From Gammaproteobacteria bacterium (GTDB lineage: Bacteria; Pseudomonadota; Gammaproteobacteria; Eutrophobiales; Eutrophobiaceae), in NCBI GenBank assembly GCA_965221695.1, contig OZ244905.1:288001-352000 (forward strand): a DNA stretch of 64,000 bases. Direction: 5' to 3'. Shown piece by piece: positions 32,282-42,375 of the stretch. The stretch's first letter is position 1, and each line of letters begins with the position of its first letter. Position numbers and translations under genes: made by a program. The notes below the pieces were generated by a model. It searched no databases, was not told the DNA's origin, and saw nothing but the letters and a program-made list of their open reading frames with translations.

Positions 32282-33649
32282 TTAGCTTGCCAGGCGCTGC
32301 CCGGTCATATGCAGGTATTCTTCCTCGAAGAAGAACTGCTCCGCGCCGAACGCCGGTTTCAGATCATCCAGCCAGGTTGCGCGCGCGTCGAATTCAGCAA
32401 AGAATGGTTGCTGTGTCCAGGTTTCATTGCGGCCTTGCAGAAAACGCAGTAGAAATACCTTTTGGTTGTTGATTTCTGTCACACCTTGCACCTGTACCTT
32501 GCCTGGCGAGGCGCTCATGGAAGGGCCGCGCACAGTACGGGCAAGCCCGGACACGGACTGGTATGCTTTTTGGTAAACTTCGAGCGCCCGAGCTAAAGGC
32601 GCTTCAAAGTAACGCCTGGCGCCGGTATCCCGTTCGACAAACATGTAATAAGGTATCATCCCAAGTCGCACCTGCTCCTGCCACATCCTCGCCCAGACTG
32701 CCGGGTCATTATTGATTTTGTCCAGCAACGGTCCCTGACAGCGGATTTCTGCCCCGGTGTTGCGAATTCTCTGGATGGCGCGTCGGGTCATATTGGATTC
32801 CAGCTCCCGCCAATGATTGAAATGAGCCATGAAGGCCACATGTTTGCCTGACCGCACTACTTTTTCCAGCAGGCGCAACAGATCATCGGCATCTTCATCG
32901 GTGACAAAACGATGCGGCCAATAGGTCAGGGCTTTGCTGCCTATTCGCAAAGTTTGAACATGCTGAAGTGAGTGATCAAACAGCGGTTCGATATAAAACT
33001 TCAGGTGATGGGTTTTCATCACCATCGGATCGCCTCCGGTAAGCAACAGGTCGGAGACTTCCCTATGCCGTTTCAGATACGCGTACAGTCCATCCGCTTC
33101 GCTGGCTGAGAAGCGGATTGATTTGTCTCCGACAAATTGCGCCCAGCGAAAACAGAAAGTGCAATAAGAATGGCAAACCTGGCCCTGTGATGGAAAAAAC
33201 AGGACGGTTTCGTGGTATTTGTGCTGCATGCCACCTAAAGTCTCACCATTAAGTATTGGCACGTTCAACTCCATTTGACCGGCAGGATGGGGATTGAGAT
33301 CCATGCGAATCTGAGTCGCCAAGGCATGGACTTTCTTGGGGTCGGCGTCGGAACTTAACAGTTTTGCCATTTGCTCAAAAGCTTCCGGTTCCAGCATATC
33401 TCTTTGGGGAAAAGTGAGCAGGAACATGGGATCAGTCTCGGCGCGATCCCAATCGATAAGCGTGTCAAGAACATAGCGATTGACCCGAAAGGGCAATACC
33501 TTTGCTACTACCTGGATATCATGGTGTAACTGTTCTGGAAGTTGGTAGAGTTGGCTTATCTGGTGAAGGTTTTTCTCTGTGTAGACTTTGAACTTTGTGC
33601 TCGGAACAAGTTCAGGTTTTCTGGCAAATGCAGCATAATTCAATGACAC
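32282..33649 (-). CDS. KamA-family radical SAM aminomutase (lysine 2,3-aminomutase-like)
   Basis: GMQHKY, CHSYCTFCFR, LLTGGDPM, HFNH, PYYMF and SASPGK. Confidence 0.85.
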   Translation of the reverse strand: MSLNYAAFARKPELVPSTKFKVYTEKNLHQISQLYQLPEQLHHDIQVVAKVLPFRVNRYVLDTLIDWDRAETDPMFLLTFPQRDMLEPEAFEQMAKLLSSDADPKKVHALATQIRMDLNPHPAGQMELNVPILNGETLGGMQHKYHETVLFFPSQGQVCHSYCTFCFRWAQFVGDKSIRFSASEADGLYAYLKRHREVSDLLLTGGDPMVMKTHHLKFYIEPLFDHSLQHVQTLRIGSKALTYWPHRFVTDEDADDLLRLLEKVVRSGKHVAFMAHFNHWRELESNMTRRAIQRIRNTGAEIRCQGPLLDKINNDPAVWARMWQEQVRLGMIPYYMFVERDTGARRYFEAPLARALEVYQKAYQSVSGLARTVRGPSMSASPGKVQVQGVTEINNQKVFLLRFLQGRNETWTQQPFFAEFDARATWLDDLKPAFGAEQFFFEEEYLHMTGQRLAS

Positions 33650-33855
33650 TCTCCCTATATTTTTTGGGCCCTTTGCTTTTAGTATCTGCCCAGCGAGTTA
33701 TTCAGTTTTATTTGTGAGTTGAAAAAGTATAACAGGGTTTCAGGGCCATAGCAATATCGATGTCGGGCGCAGTTAATGTTATCTACCGTTTGCCATTGAT
33801 GGTTTACGCCGCGATAATGATCCTGTTTTTATTGCGATCGCTGGCGTTGAGAGCC

Positions 33856-34497
33856 ATGCTGCTTAACACAAACAAAACGAAAATGCCCGATATGAATAGC
33901 GCCTTACCAGGGCGCGTCACAGTTCTGCCCACTGCAGAGAGCCATTATGTCCATGGCCGACCCCTGAAACCGCCATTCCCGGAAAAGACGTTGCCGGCTT
34001 TGTTTGGTCTGGGTTGTTTTTGGGGAGCGGAGAGAAAATTCTGGCTGCTTGACGGTGTTTACACTACCGCGGTCGGCTATGCCGGAGGCTATACGCCTAA
34101 CCCCACTTATCGCGAAGTATGCAGTGGAATGACAGGCCATAATGAAGTGGTTTTGGCTGCTTATGATCCTGAGACGATCTCCTACCAGGAATTGCTGCGT
34201 GTATTTTGGGAATCCCATGACCCGACCCAAGGCATGCGCCAGGGCAACGATCTGGGAACGCAGTATCGCTCCGGCATTTATACGTTCAACGATGAGCAAA
34301 TGAAGGATGCCCGGGAATCAAGAGAGAGTTACCAACTGGCTCTGGCAGGTAACGGTTACGGCAGTATCACCACCGAGATAAAAGATGCGCCGACATTTTA
34401 TTATGCGGAAGATTACCACCAGCAATACCTGGCAAAGAACCCCGGTGGTTATTGTGGATTGGGTGGAACTGGTGTCTGCTTTGCGAGTCCAGGGTGA
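33856..34497 (+). CDS. msrA: Peptide methionine sulfoxide reductase A
   Basis: [17 protein letters not shown] and [10 protein letters not shown]; exact start uncertain. Confidence 0.95.
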   Translation: MLLNTNKTKMPDMNSALPGRVTVLPTAESHYVHGRPLKPPFPEKTLPALFGLGCFWGAERKFWLLDGVYTTAVGYAGGYTPNPTYREVCSGMTGHNEVVLAAYDPETISYQELLRVFWESHDPTQGMRQGNDLGTQYRSGIYTFNDEQMKDARESRESYQLALAGNGYGSITTEIKDAPTFYYAEDYHQQYLAKNPGGYCGLGGTGVCFASPG

Positions 34498-34511
34498 ATA
34501 TCGCTTTCGGG

Positions 34512-35024
34512 TCAGTTGCCGGGCACGCCAGCGGCATATTTGCTGATCCATTCTTCCGCCGCGTCTTCCCGGTTGATAATGAACGGACCCTCGCGAAATT
34601 TCTTTTCCTTGATATATTCCTCAATATAGCAGGTCTGTTCCACTATACGCGCGCGGCTGGCCTCCGCCTGATGCCCAAGCCATAGGCCAATCTCGTAATA
34701 ATCGCCCCGGTCGCGCACCATCACGACTTTGCCGCGGATTTTCTCCGTCCCGCCTTTCAAGGTGATTGTCGCTTCAATAGCCGTTCCGGGTTCCAGATAT
34801 TTGTCAGACTCGAACAACAGTCCGGCGTTACCCCGGTTATCTTGTGACTGCTCTTCTTCATTAGCTGGTGAAAGTCGTTTGCATTCCAGGGGAAAACCGC
34901 GCCGATGTTGTATAAACCCGGTTTTGATGTCGGTAATAGGGACATCGCTGATATCCTTCAGGCAAGTCCTGCGCTTGTCGCGGGAACGTCTATTTATGAT
35001 TCTGCTTACTTTTTCAAATAACAT
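34512..35024 (-). CDS. PilZ-like domain protein
   Basis: GLLFESD..LEPG, GKVV and YEIG plus the RIVEQ.CYIE.Y...EDAAEEWISKYA tail typical of a proteobacterial PilZ subfamily. Confidence 0.7.
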   Translation of the reverse strand: MLFEKVSRIINRRSRDKRRTCLKDISDVPITDIKTGFIQHRRGFPLECKRLSPANEEEQSQDNRGNAGLLFESDKYLEPGTAIEATITLKGGTEKIRGKVVMVRDRGDYYEIGLWLGHQAEASRARIVEQTCYIEEYIKEKKFREGPFIINREDAAEEWISKYAAGVPGN

Positions 35025-35149
35025 CGACTCTTACCTGGTTGCAATTGCCGACTGTAGTTTATATTCTATGCATATTTTAAGTCAAGTATTTTTTGTAAAT
35101 CATAAAGTTAAACGATTTATATCAGATCACACATTAGAAACTGTCGATT

Positions 35150-35632
35150 GTGGATAGAAATATCGTTTTTTGCGCTGTAATACTGATCGCAGTCGCAACG
35201 GCCTACTCGTTTCTGGGCATCGACCGCATGGCAACAATGGATGAAGTTGTGTCTGACGATCTTGGAGCCAGCCAGATGAGGCCGCTTGCGCAAGCGGAAA
35301 TGGTTTCTGCGCAAACTGCAGAACAACAACGCAAGGCAACATTGCGCGCTGAGTATGAGAAACTGGAACAGGCCCGGGAAGGGGTCAGGAAACAGCTTGG
35401 ATTGCTCAAGTTCCGGTTATGGAAATTGCGCGTGTCGCCTGAACAGTCCAGAGCAATACAGGAACAGATGCAGCAAGGTTATACTGCGCTGAAAAATCCT
35501 CCGTTGCTAGGCGCATTCTCAAGTGTGGATGAAATTGCCCGCGAAATAGAAAAGATGAGCGGGATCAGCGTCAACCTGAAAACTCTGGAGATGAAAGTGG
35601 AGAACCAGCTCGCTGGCCAGAATCCCCGCTAA
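35150..35632 (+). CDS. Hypothetical membrane-anchored coiled-coil protein
   Basis: N-terminal hydrophobic helix followed by heptad-rich Glu/Gln/Lys sequence; fills the gap between divergent and convergent neighbours. Confidence 0.6.
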   Translation: MDRNIVFCAVILIAVATAYSFLGIDRMATMDEVVSDDLGASQMRPLAQAEMVSAQTAEQQRKATLRAEYEKLEQAREGVRKQLGLLKFRLWKLRVSPEQSRAIQEQMQQGYTALKNPPLLGAFSSVDEIAREIEKMSGISVNLKTLEMKVENQLAGQNPR

Positions 35633-36920
35633 GCTCCGCGTCAGCCACCAGCGCCCCGGCGCTTTCGTTATACTGCTTGACCAGCACAGTCATTATGCTG
35701 TTGGGACGGTGAGATTCGCCCGAAACCGCGATGGCTGTGCGCAAGTAATTTGGGGAGTAGCCGAAACGGACCTTTTTTCCGTTAATTTCTCCTGTATTGC
35801 TTTCAACCAGGATCTCGAAGCGCCGGCCCACATAGCCGCGCATATAGTCATGTTTCATCTGCGCAGCCAACTGCAGCAATTGCGCGCAACGTTGTTTCCT
35901 TAGCTGGCGCGGCAGTTGTCCCGGCAACAGGGCTGCCCGTGCGCCGGCGCGGGCTGAGTATGGAAAAACATGGATATGTGGAAACCCGATTTCCCGACAA
36001 AAATCCATGGTTTGCCGCCATTCTTGTTCGGTTTCGCCAGGAAACCCGGCGATAATGTCCGTGCTGATGTTCAAGTCAGGAACCCGTTGTCTGAGCCGCT
36101 CAACCAGCTTGATAAACTGCTTAGGTTTGCAACGCCGGCCCATGCGCCGCAATACGCTGTCACAACCGCTTTGCATGGGCAGATGCAAGTGAGGCATAAA
36201 TCCAGGTTCATTGAACAGTTCAAAAAAGTCTTCACCGATATCCCAAGGCTCCAGCGAACCTAGTCGTAATCTGGGAATCTTGGTTTCAGCGAGGACCGTT
36301 TTGATCAATGCCGGCAGGTTGGTTCCCAAGTCATGTCCATAACCGCCGATATGCACGCCGGTCAGAACTGCTTCCTGGATCTGATATGAGTGTAATGCAT
36401 TGATCTCCTCAACTATCTGCCTGATTGTCCGGCTGCGCTCCGCGCCCCGGGCCAGCGTGACAACGCAGAATGCGCATCGATGCCGGCAGCCGTCCTGTAT
36501 CTTGATGAATGCCCGGTTGCGCCCCCGGCTGAACAGGGCAGTTGTTCCCGGTTCTGTGGTTGCATTCGGCATGGTCTTCAAGTCCAGCCGTTGTGTTACG
36601 ATATCCGTCAGGCGATCCTTGTCCTGGTTGTCCACGACCAGGTCTATGCCCGGCAATTGTTTGACTGCGTCCGGATGCAGGCTCGAATAACAACCGCTGA
36701 CCACCAGCTTGGATTGTTTGTTGCTTCGCCGGATGCGCCGAATCAACTGCCTGGATTTTTTCGCCGCCTCACAAGTTACCGCGCAGGTATTGACGACTAT
36801 CAGGTCGGCATCTTCCGTGCCTGTGGTCAACTGGTTTCCCTGCGCCTGGAAAGCCGATGCCCAGCGTTCCAGTTCGGCCTCGTTCAGGCGGCACCCCAGC
36901 GCTTTAAGCGCAACTTTCAT
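35571..36920 (-). CDS. mtaB: tRNA t6A37 methylthiotransferase
   Basis: [38 protein letters not shown] and a G..PNY tail typical of MtaB. Confidence 0.85.
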   Translation of the reverse strand: MKVALKALGCRLNEAELERWASAFQAQGNQLTTGTEDADLIVVNTCAVTCEAAKKSRQLIRRIRRSNKQSKLVVSGCYSSLHPDAVKQLPGIDLVVDNQDKDRLTDIVTQRLDLKTMPNATTEPGTTALFSRGRNRAFIKIQDGCRHRCAFCVVTLARGAERSRTIRQIVEEINALHSYQIQEAVLTGVHIGGYGHDLGTNLPALIKTVLAETKIPRLRLGSLEPWDIGEDFFELFNEPGFMPHLHLPMQSGCDSVLRRMGRRCKPKQFIKLVERLRQRVPDLNISTDIIAGFPGETEQEWRQTMDFCREIGFPHIHVFPYSARAGARAALLPGQLPRQLRKQRCAQLLQLAAQMKHDYMRGYVGRRFEILVESNTGEINGKKVRFGYSPNYLRTAIAVSGESHRPNSIMTVLVKQYNESAGALVADAELSGDSGQRAGSPLSSPEFSG

Positions 36921-38070
36921 AGTTCTCGATGGTCGCGCGCGCGATGATCAGCTTCTGTATCTCGGAGGCGCCTTCATAGATGCGTAGCGCGCGTATTTCA
37001 CGATACAGTTCTTCCACTTTTTCGCCTCGCGTTACGCCACGCCCGCCGAATAATTGGACCGCCTGATCTATGACCTGCTGCGCGGCTTCGGTTGCATGCA
37101 ATTTTGCTATGGCGGCTTCCCGCGTGATACGTTCCACCACGCAGTCCCGGGTCCAGGCGGCACGGTACACCAGCAGCGCGCTGGCATCGATAGCCACAGC
37201 CATGTCGGCAAGCTTGCCCCGGGTCATCTGCATATCTGCAAGAGTTTTGCCAAAGAGCTGCCGTGTGTTGGTGTGTCTGAGCGTTTCTTCCAGCGCACGC
37301 CGGGCGAAACCCAGCGCCGCAGCGCCAACGGTTGAGCGAAACATGTCTAAAGTGTCCATGGCTACTTTGAAACCCTCTCCGGGGCTGCCCAGCAGGTTTG
37401 TACTGGGAACCCTGCAATCCTTGAATTCAAGCCGGGCCAGGGGGTGGGGCGCAATCACTTCGATGCGCTCAGCGATTTCCAGGCCCTGTGTGCCGGCATC
37501 GACAATGAAGGCGCTGAGGCCCGCTGCGCCGCTTTCCTCACCGGTTCGGACAAACAGGGTATAAAAATCGGCGATACCGCCATTGGACACCCATGTCTTC
37601 TCGCCATTGATGATGTAGTCGTCGCCATCCGGCGTGGCTGTGGCGCTCAGCGCCGCGACATCGGAACCGGCCGCGGGTTCGGACAAGGCAAATGCAGAAA
37701 TCTTCTCGCCTTTGCGGACCGCAGGAAGGCGAGCGTTTTTTTGTTCCTGGTTCCCAAACAGCGCGATAGCGCCGCTGCCCAGTCCTTGCATTGCAAAAAC
37801 AAAATCAGCAAGACCGGAATGGCGCGCCAGGATCTCACGGATAAGACATAATGATCTGACATCCGGAGAGTTGTCGGAGTCGGGCGCCGGCGCGGCATGA
37901 TTGAGCCAGCCGCCGTCAGCCAGGAGTTTTACCAGTCTCTTGCAGGTCTGATCGACATTATCCGGATGCCGGCCGTTCAGTGCGCGCCTGGCCCACTCAT
38001 CCAGTTCAGTCGCCAGCAGTCTATGCTGATCCGTAAAAAAAGGCCAATCAAGAAAACTGTGGTCAATCAC
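36904..38070 (-). CDS. Acyl-CoA dehydrogenase of anthraniloyl-CoA (abm) clusters
   Basis: [26 protein letters not shown] and [10 protein letters not shown]; same partners as the Azoarcus abm cluster. Confidence 0.85.
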   Translation of the reverse strand: MIDHSFLDWPFFTDQHRLLATELDEWARRALNGRHPDNVDQTCKRLVKLLADGGWLNHAAPAPDSDNSPDVRSLCLIREILARHSGLADFVFAMQGLGSGAIALFGNQEQKNARLPAVRKGEKISAFALSEPAAGSDVAALSATATPDGDDYIINGEKTWVSNGGIADFYTLFVRTGEESGAAGLSAFIVDAGTQGLEIAERIEVIAPHPLARLEFKDCRVPSTNLLGSPGEGFKVAMDTLDMFRSTVGAAALGFARRALEETLRHTNTRQLFGKTLADMQMTRGKLADMAVAIDASALLVYRAAWTRDCVVERITREAAIAKLHATEAAQQVIDQAVQLFGGRGVTRGEKVEELYREIRALRIYEGASEIQKLIIARATIENYESCA

Positions 38071-38872
38071 CTTTGAATTCCGCTTGGCTCTTATTCATAA
38101 AAGCCATGTAGGCGCGCCGGAAATCCTCCGTCTGCATGCAGATTGCCTGGGCCTGGGCCTCAGCTTCAAGAGCTTGATCCGGCGCCATATTCCATTCCTG
38201 ACGCAACATGGTTTTGGTGACGCCATGGGCAAATGTCGGTCCGTTTGAAAGCCGTTCGGCCAGTTTGCGCGCCTCAAGCGCCAACTCGTCTGTCGTTGCC
38301 AGAAAGTTATAAAATCCCCAACGATGGCCTTCTTCCGCGCTCATGCTGCGACCGCTGTAGAGCAGTTCCGAAGCGCGTCCGTGGCCGATAATCCTGGGCA
38401 GAATGGCGCAGGCTCCCATATCGCATCCGGCTAGTCCGACGCGGGTGAAAAGAAACGCGGTTTTTGCTTCCGGCGTGGCGATGCGCATATCGCTGGCCAT
38501 CGCGATACAGGCGCCGGCGCCCACGCAAACGCCGTCCACTGCAGCAATGAGCGGTTGCGGGCAGTAGAGCATGGCCTTGATGAGGTCGCCGGTCATTCGG
38601 GTAAACGCCAGCAGGTCTTTCATATTCATTTTCGTCAATGGCCCAATGATGTCGCGCACATCGCCACCGGAACAAAAATTCCCCTGCGCGCCGGCAATGA
38701 TCACAACTTTAACGTCATTGGCATCGGACAGGAGACGGAATGTATCACGCAATTCCGCGTAGGAGTCAAATGTCAGAGGATTCTTTTTCTCAGGACGGTT
38801 AAGGGTCAGTGTGGCTATGCCGTCGGAACAGGACCAGGAAAAATGTTGTGGGCGATGATCTTGCATATTCAT
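38063..38872 (-). CDS. Enoyl-CoA hydratase/isomerase of abm clusters
   Basis: [33 protein letters not shown] and [10 protein letters not shown]; start set at MNMQ. Confidence 0.88.
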   Translation of the reverse strand: MNMQDHRPQHFSWSCSDGIATLTLNRPEKKNPLTFDSYAELRDTFRLLSDANDVKVVIIAGAQGNFCSGGDVRDIIGPLTKMNMKDLLAFTRMTGDLIKAMLYCPQPLIAAVDGVCVGAGACIAMASDMRIATPEAKTAFLFTRVGLAGCDMGACAILPRIIGHGRASELLYSGRSMSAEEGHRWGFYNFLATTDELALEARKLAERLSNGPTFAHGVTKTMLRQEWNMAPDQALEAEAQAQAICMQTEDFRRAYMAFMNKSQAEFKGD

Positions 38873-38898
38873 TTGGTTTACCAGGCTCGTTATCGGGC

Positions 38899-39663
38899 TT
38901 ACATGACCTCGCCGCCGGCTATCGGAATGGACTGGCCGGTAATCGATTCGCTGCCAGGCAGGCATAACCACGCGACTGCCGTAGCCACTTCCTGCGGTTC
39001 AATAAACCGATGTTGCGGATTCATTGATTTCAGGCGTGTCTCTGCGTCCTCTCGTGTCATACCGGTCTTGTCCATAATCCTGGATATCGCTTCCGTGATC
39101 AGGTCCGTATTGGTATAGCCGGGACAGATCGCGTTGACAGTCACGCCGGTATTGGCCAGTTCCAGCGCCAGGGACCGGGTCAGGCCGATCATACCGTGCT
39201 TGGCCGCGCAATAGGCGGATACGTAAGCATATCCAGTCAGTCCGGCTGTGCTTGCAATATTGACGATACGACCCCAATCGGCCTCCAGCATTCCATCAAG
39301 CGCTTGCTTGCTGCAATAAAACGCGCCGTTCAAGTTCACAGCCAGAGTCTGTTCCCAGTTCTTGCCGTCAATACGCGCAAATGGATTACTGTAAACTGCG
39401 CCGGCATTGTTCACCAGGATGTCGACCGGACCAAAAATGGTTATCGCCCGGTCAAACCCGGTTCGCACGGCGCTTTCGTCGGTCACGTCAACCTGTATTG
39501 AGTTAGCCCGTTTCAGTTTTTTCTCATGGGCATGCAAAACGCTTTGTGTCCGACCCATGAGGGTAATCCTGGCGCCCAAACGGTCCAGTTCGGCAGCGAT
39601 GGCGGCTCCTATGCCTTTGCCTCCACCTGTAACCACTACATGTTTATCGCTGAGCGCGGTCAT
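38899..39663 (-). CDS. Short-chain dehydrogenase (3-hydroxyacyl-CoA dehydrogenase-like, abm type)
   Basis: [17 protein letters not shown] and CPGY. Confidence 0.88.
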   Translation of the reverse strand: MTALSDKHVVVTGGGKGIGAAIAAELDRLGARITLMGRTQSVLHAHEKKLKRANSIQVDVTDESAVRTGFDRAITIFGPVDILVNNAGAVYSNPFARIDGKNWEQTLAVNLNGAFYCSKQALDGMLEADWGRIVNIASTAGLTGYAYVSAYCAAKHGMIGLTRSLALELANTGVTVNAICPGYTNTDLITEAISRIMDKTGMTREDAETRLKSMNPQHRFIEPQEVATAVAWLCLPGSESITGQSIPIAGGEVM

Positions 39664-39709
39664 TTATATCTGTTCCCGGCGTGGACCAGAATACGACAAC
39701 CCGGGTCAA

Positions 39710-40867
39710 TCAACGATTAACCGTGTGGCCGCAGGCCATGCCGGCAATGATCATCTTCTGTATGTTGGATGTCCCTTCCACTACTTGCAGAGATTTGGCG
39801 TCGCGGTAAAACCGTTCCGCAGGATATTCAGTGGAATAGCCATAGGAACCGAAGATCTTCATGCACTCGTTCGCGCTGTGCACGGCCGCCTCGGATGCCG
39901 CCAGTTTAGCCATGGAGGTCTCATACTGATTGGGCTTGCCTTGGTCTTTCAGCCAGGCAGCCTTGTACACCAGCAAACGCGCGGCCTCGTGTTCTACTGT
40001 CATTTCAGCGATCTGGGACTGGATCATCTGATGCCGAGAAATGGGCTGGCCGAATTGTGTGCGTTCATTGGCATAGTCTATCGCAAGTTGCAGCGCGCCA
40101 CCGGCCACGCCCAAGGCGCCGGCCGCGCAACCGAGACGGGTATTATTCAACTGCCACATGCACATCCTGAAACCATTATTCAGCTCTCCGAGCAGGGCGC
40201 TACGGGGGATGCGCGCGCCCTCAAACACGAATTCGCCTGTTGGAGAACAGTGCAGGCCCAGTTTGGTCTCTATCGGCCGCGCCACGCAACCCTCCAGTTC
40301 CTTAGGTTCTATGATAAAGCAACTGATGCCCTTGTTGCCTTTTTCCCTGTCCGTGTAGGCATAGAGCAGCCCGGCATCGCCGATGTGAGCGTTGGAAATC
40401 CAGATCTTGCTGCCGTGTAATTCAAAATAATCGCCCTTGTCAATAGCATAGGTCTTCATGCTGGCAACATCGGAACCCGTATCCGGCTCAGTCATGGCGA
40501 AGAAGCCGATTTTTGTGCCGCTGATCCAGCCCGGGATATATTTCTCCTGTTGCTCCCTGGAGCCGAACTTTGCTATGGAAAGCGGTGGGCCGAGGTTTTG
40601 CATATTGAACGGCAAGCGCCAGGAAGCCGACACCCGGGCAATCTGTTCCGCCATCAGCGCTGATTCCAAAAAGCCCATCCCGTTTCCGCCAAGTTGTTCC
40701 GGCAGGGCGCAGGAAAAAAAACCAAGATCACCCATTTGCGCCACGCGTTCCTGTTTAAATTCCCGATTTTTTTCCTCTTCCTCCAGGGTAGGGGCTATCT
40801 CTTCCAAGGCGAAGCGTCTGGCGGTGTCCTGCACCAGTTGCTGTTCTTCAGTTAACTCAAAAAACAT
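39710..40867 (-). CDS. Glutaryl-CoA dehydrogenase, non-decarboxylating type
   Basis: ACAD motifs; YAYTD, SPTGE, YGYSTEYP.. and V-E-G (not the Y-E-G of decarboxylating GCDH), resembling the Desulfococcus enzyme; adjacent to gcd genes. Confidence 0.8.
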   Translation of the reverse strand: MFFELTEEQQLVQDTARRFALEEIAPTLEEEEKNREFKQERVAQMGDLGFFSCALPEQLGGNGMGFLESALMAEQIARVSASWRLPFNMQNLGPPLSIAKFGSREQQEKYIPGWISGTKIGFFAMTEPDTGSDVASMKTYAIDKGDYFELHGSKIWISNAHIGDAGLLYAYTDREKGNKGISCFIIEPKELEGCVARPIETKLGLHCSPTGEFVFEGARIPRSALLGELNNGFRMCMWQLNNTRLGCAAGALGVAGGALQLAIDYANERTQFGQPISRHQMIQSQIAEMTVEHEAARLLVYKAAWLKDQGKPNQYETSMAKLAASEAAVHSANECMKIFGSYGYSTEYPAERFYRDAKSLQVVEGTSNIQKMIIAGMACGHTVNR

Positions 40868-40880
40868 CGTAGTCTCTCAC

Positions 40881-41102
40881 TTATTCGGTCTTGATAGACA
40901 TCAAGGGTTGATCTTCCTCTACCGCATCCCCTTCCTTGACGTATATTTCTTTGACTGTACCGTCACAGGGCGCATATACTGGCGTTTCCATCTTTAATGC
41001 CTCAATAATAAGTATCTCGTCATCTTCTTCGACTTTTTCATCCACAGTCACCGAGATTTTCCAGATAGCGCCGGAGAGAGGCGCCAACACTTCTTCCGTC
41101 AT
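40881..41102 (-). CDS. gcdC: Biotin carboxyl carrier subunit of Na+-transporting decarboxylase
   Basis: 73-aa biotinyl domain with EALKME. Confidence 0.85.
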   Translation of the reverse strand: MTEEVLAPLSGAIWKISVTVDEKVEEDDEILIIEALKMETPVYAPCDGTVKEIYVKEGDAVEEDQPLMSIKTE

Positions 41103-41119
41103 TATTATCCTCCAAGCAG

Positions 41120-42223
41120 TTATTTCAATATAGTCAGAAATATGCCGGCCGCAATCACGGTTCCGATCACACCGGCAATATTGGGTCCCATCGCAAACAT
41201 AAGCAAATAATTCTTTCTATCCGCTTCTGAACCGACTTTCTGTGCGACACGGGCCGCCATCGGCACCGCCGATACGCCCGCGGCGCCTATCAGCGGATTG
41301 ATTTTATGCGCCGTGAAGACATTGATCAGTTTAGCCAGTAATACACCACTTGCCGTGCTGATCATGAATGCGAACAGGCCGAGCAGGAAAACCAGGATAA
41401 CATCGGCATGTAAAAAGCGGTCTGCGCTCATGGTGGCGCCGATACTGACGCCCAGGAAAATGGTCGCGATATTCATCAGGGAATTGCGCGCGGCATCCGT
41501 CAGACGCTCGACCACCTTTGATTCCCGGAACAGGTTGCCCAGCATAAACATAGAGATCAACGGAGCCGACGCGGGCACTATCAGGATAATCACCAGCGTG
41601 GCAACGATGGGAAACAGCAGTTTTTCTTTTGCCCCGACCTTGCGCCCTTTGCGCATGCGAATCTTCCGTTCATCTTCCGTGGTCAACAGGCGCATTATCG
41701 GCGGCTGGATGATGGGCACCATGGCCATGTAGGAATAGGCGGCGACGGCGCAGGCTCCCAGCAGGTGCGGCGCCAGTTCAGCCGCCAGAAAGATGGTTGT
41801 GGGTCCGTCTGCGCCGCCGATAATACTGATAGTAGCCGCGTCCTGCAGATCGAAACCCATCCACCAGGCAAGAAAAAACGTCAGGTATACCCCGACCTGC
41901 GCGCCGGCGCCAAGAAAGATAAGGCGGGGTTGCGCAAGCAGCGGGCCAAAATCTGTGAGCGCGCCCAGTCCGAGGAAGATCAGGGGAGGTATGATGCGCC
42001 ACTCGATTCCGTGGTGATAGAAGCGCCACAGCAGCCCGTCTCCAGGGTCCATTAACCCGGTCAGGGGCAGATTGGCTAGCAGAATGCCAAATCCTATCGG
42101 CAACAACAGTAGTGGTTCATATTGTTTGGCTATGGCCAGGTAGATTAATGCCAGTCCTATCAGCCACATTGCCAGCAATTCGCCGGTGACCGCGAAAATG
42201 CCCATGTTTTCTATAAATGCCAT
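41120..42223 (-). CDS. gcdB: Na+-translocating decarboxylase beta subunit
   Basis: YEPLLLLPIGFG, IIGGADGPT, AAYSYMA, GVSAVPMAAR and AMGPN (OadB/GcdB family). Confidence 0.95.
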   Translation of the reverse strand: MAFIENMGIFAVTGELLAMWLIGLALIYLAIAKQYEPLLLLPIGFGILLANLPLTGLMDPGDGLLWRFYHHGIEWRIIPPLIFLGLGALTDFGPLLAQPRLIFLGAGAQVGVYLTFFLAWWMGFDLQDAATISIIGGADGPTTIFLAAELAPHLLGACAVAAYSYMAMVPIIQPPIMRLLTTEDERKIRMRKGRKVGAKEKLLFPIVATLVIILIVPASAPLISMFMLGNLFRESKVVERLTDAARNSLMNIATIFLGVSIGATMSADRFLHADVILVFLLGLFAFMISTASGVLLAKLINVFTAHKINPLIGAAGVSAVPMAARVAQKVGSEADRKNYLLMFAMGPNIAGVIGTVIAAGIFLTILK

Positions 42224-42231
42224 GAATCGAG

Positions 42232-42360
42232 CTACTCGTCCTGTTCAGTATCCTTGCTGTCCGGCGTCAGCGCCAGCAGTTTAATGATCACATACAACAT
42301 CCCCATACCGGCTGCCACGCCGCCGATACCGTTAAAGAAAACTTCCAATACTTGTTCCAT
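42232..42360 (-). CDS. Small membrane subunit of the decarboxylase (OadG/GcdD-like), 42 aa, absent from the ORF track
   Basis: Translated by hand: MEQVLEVFFNGIGGVAAGMGMLYVIIKLLALTPDSKDTEQDE; single TM helix; 15-bp and 8-bp gaps to its neighbours. Confidence 0.8.
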   Translation of the reverse strand: MEQVLEVFFNGIGGVAAGMGMLYVIIKLLALTPDSKDTEQDE

Positions 42361-42375
42361 AAGTCGAATTCTATA

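Noticed and set aside
39407-40420. 337-aa plus-strand ORF (and similar long antisense ORFs at 1833, 5774, 15729, 27218)
   Set aside because: Antisense shadows of well-supported genes, with no motifs of their own.
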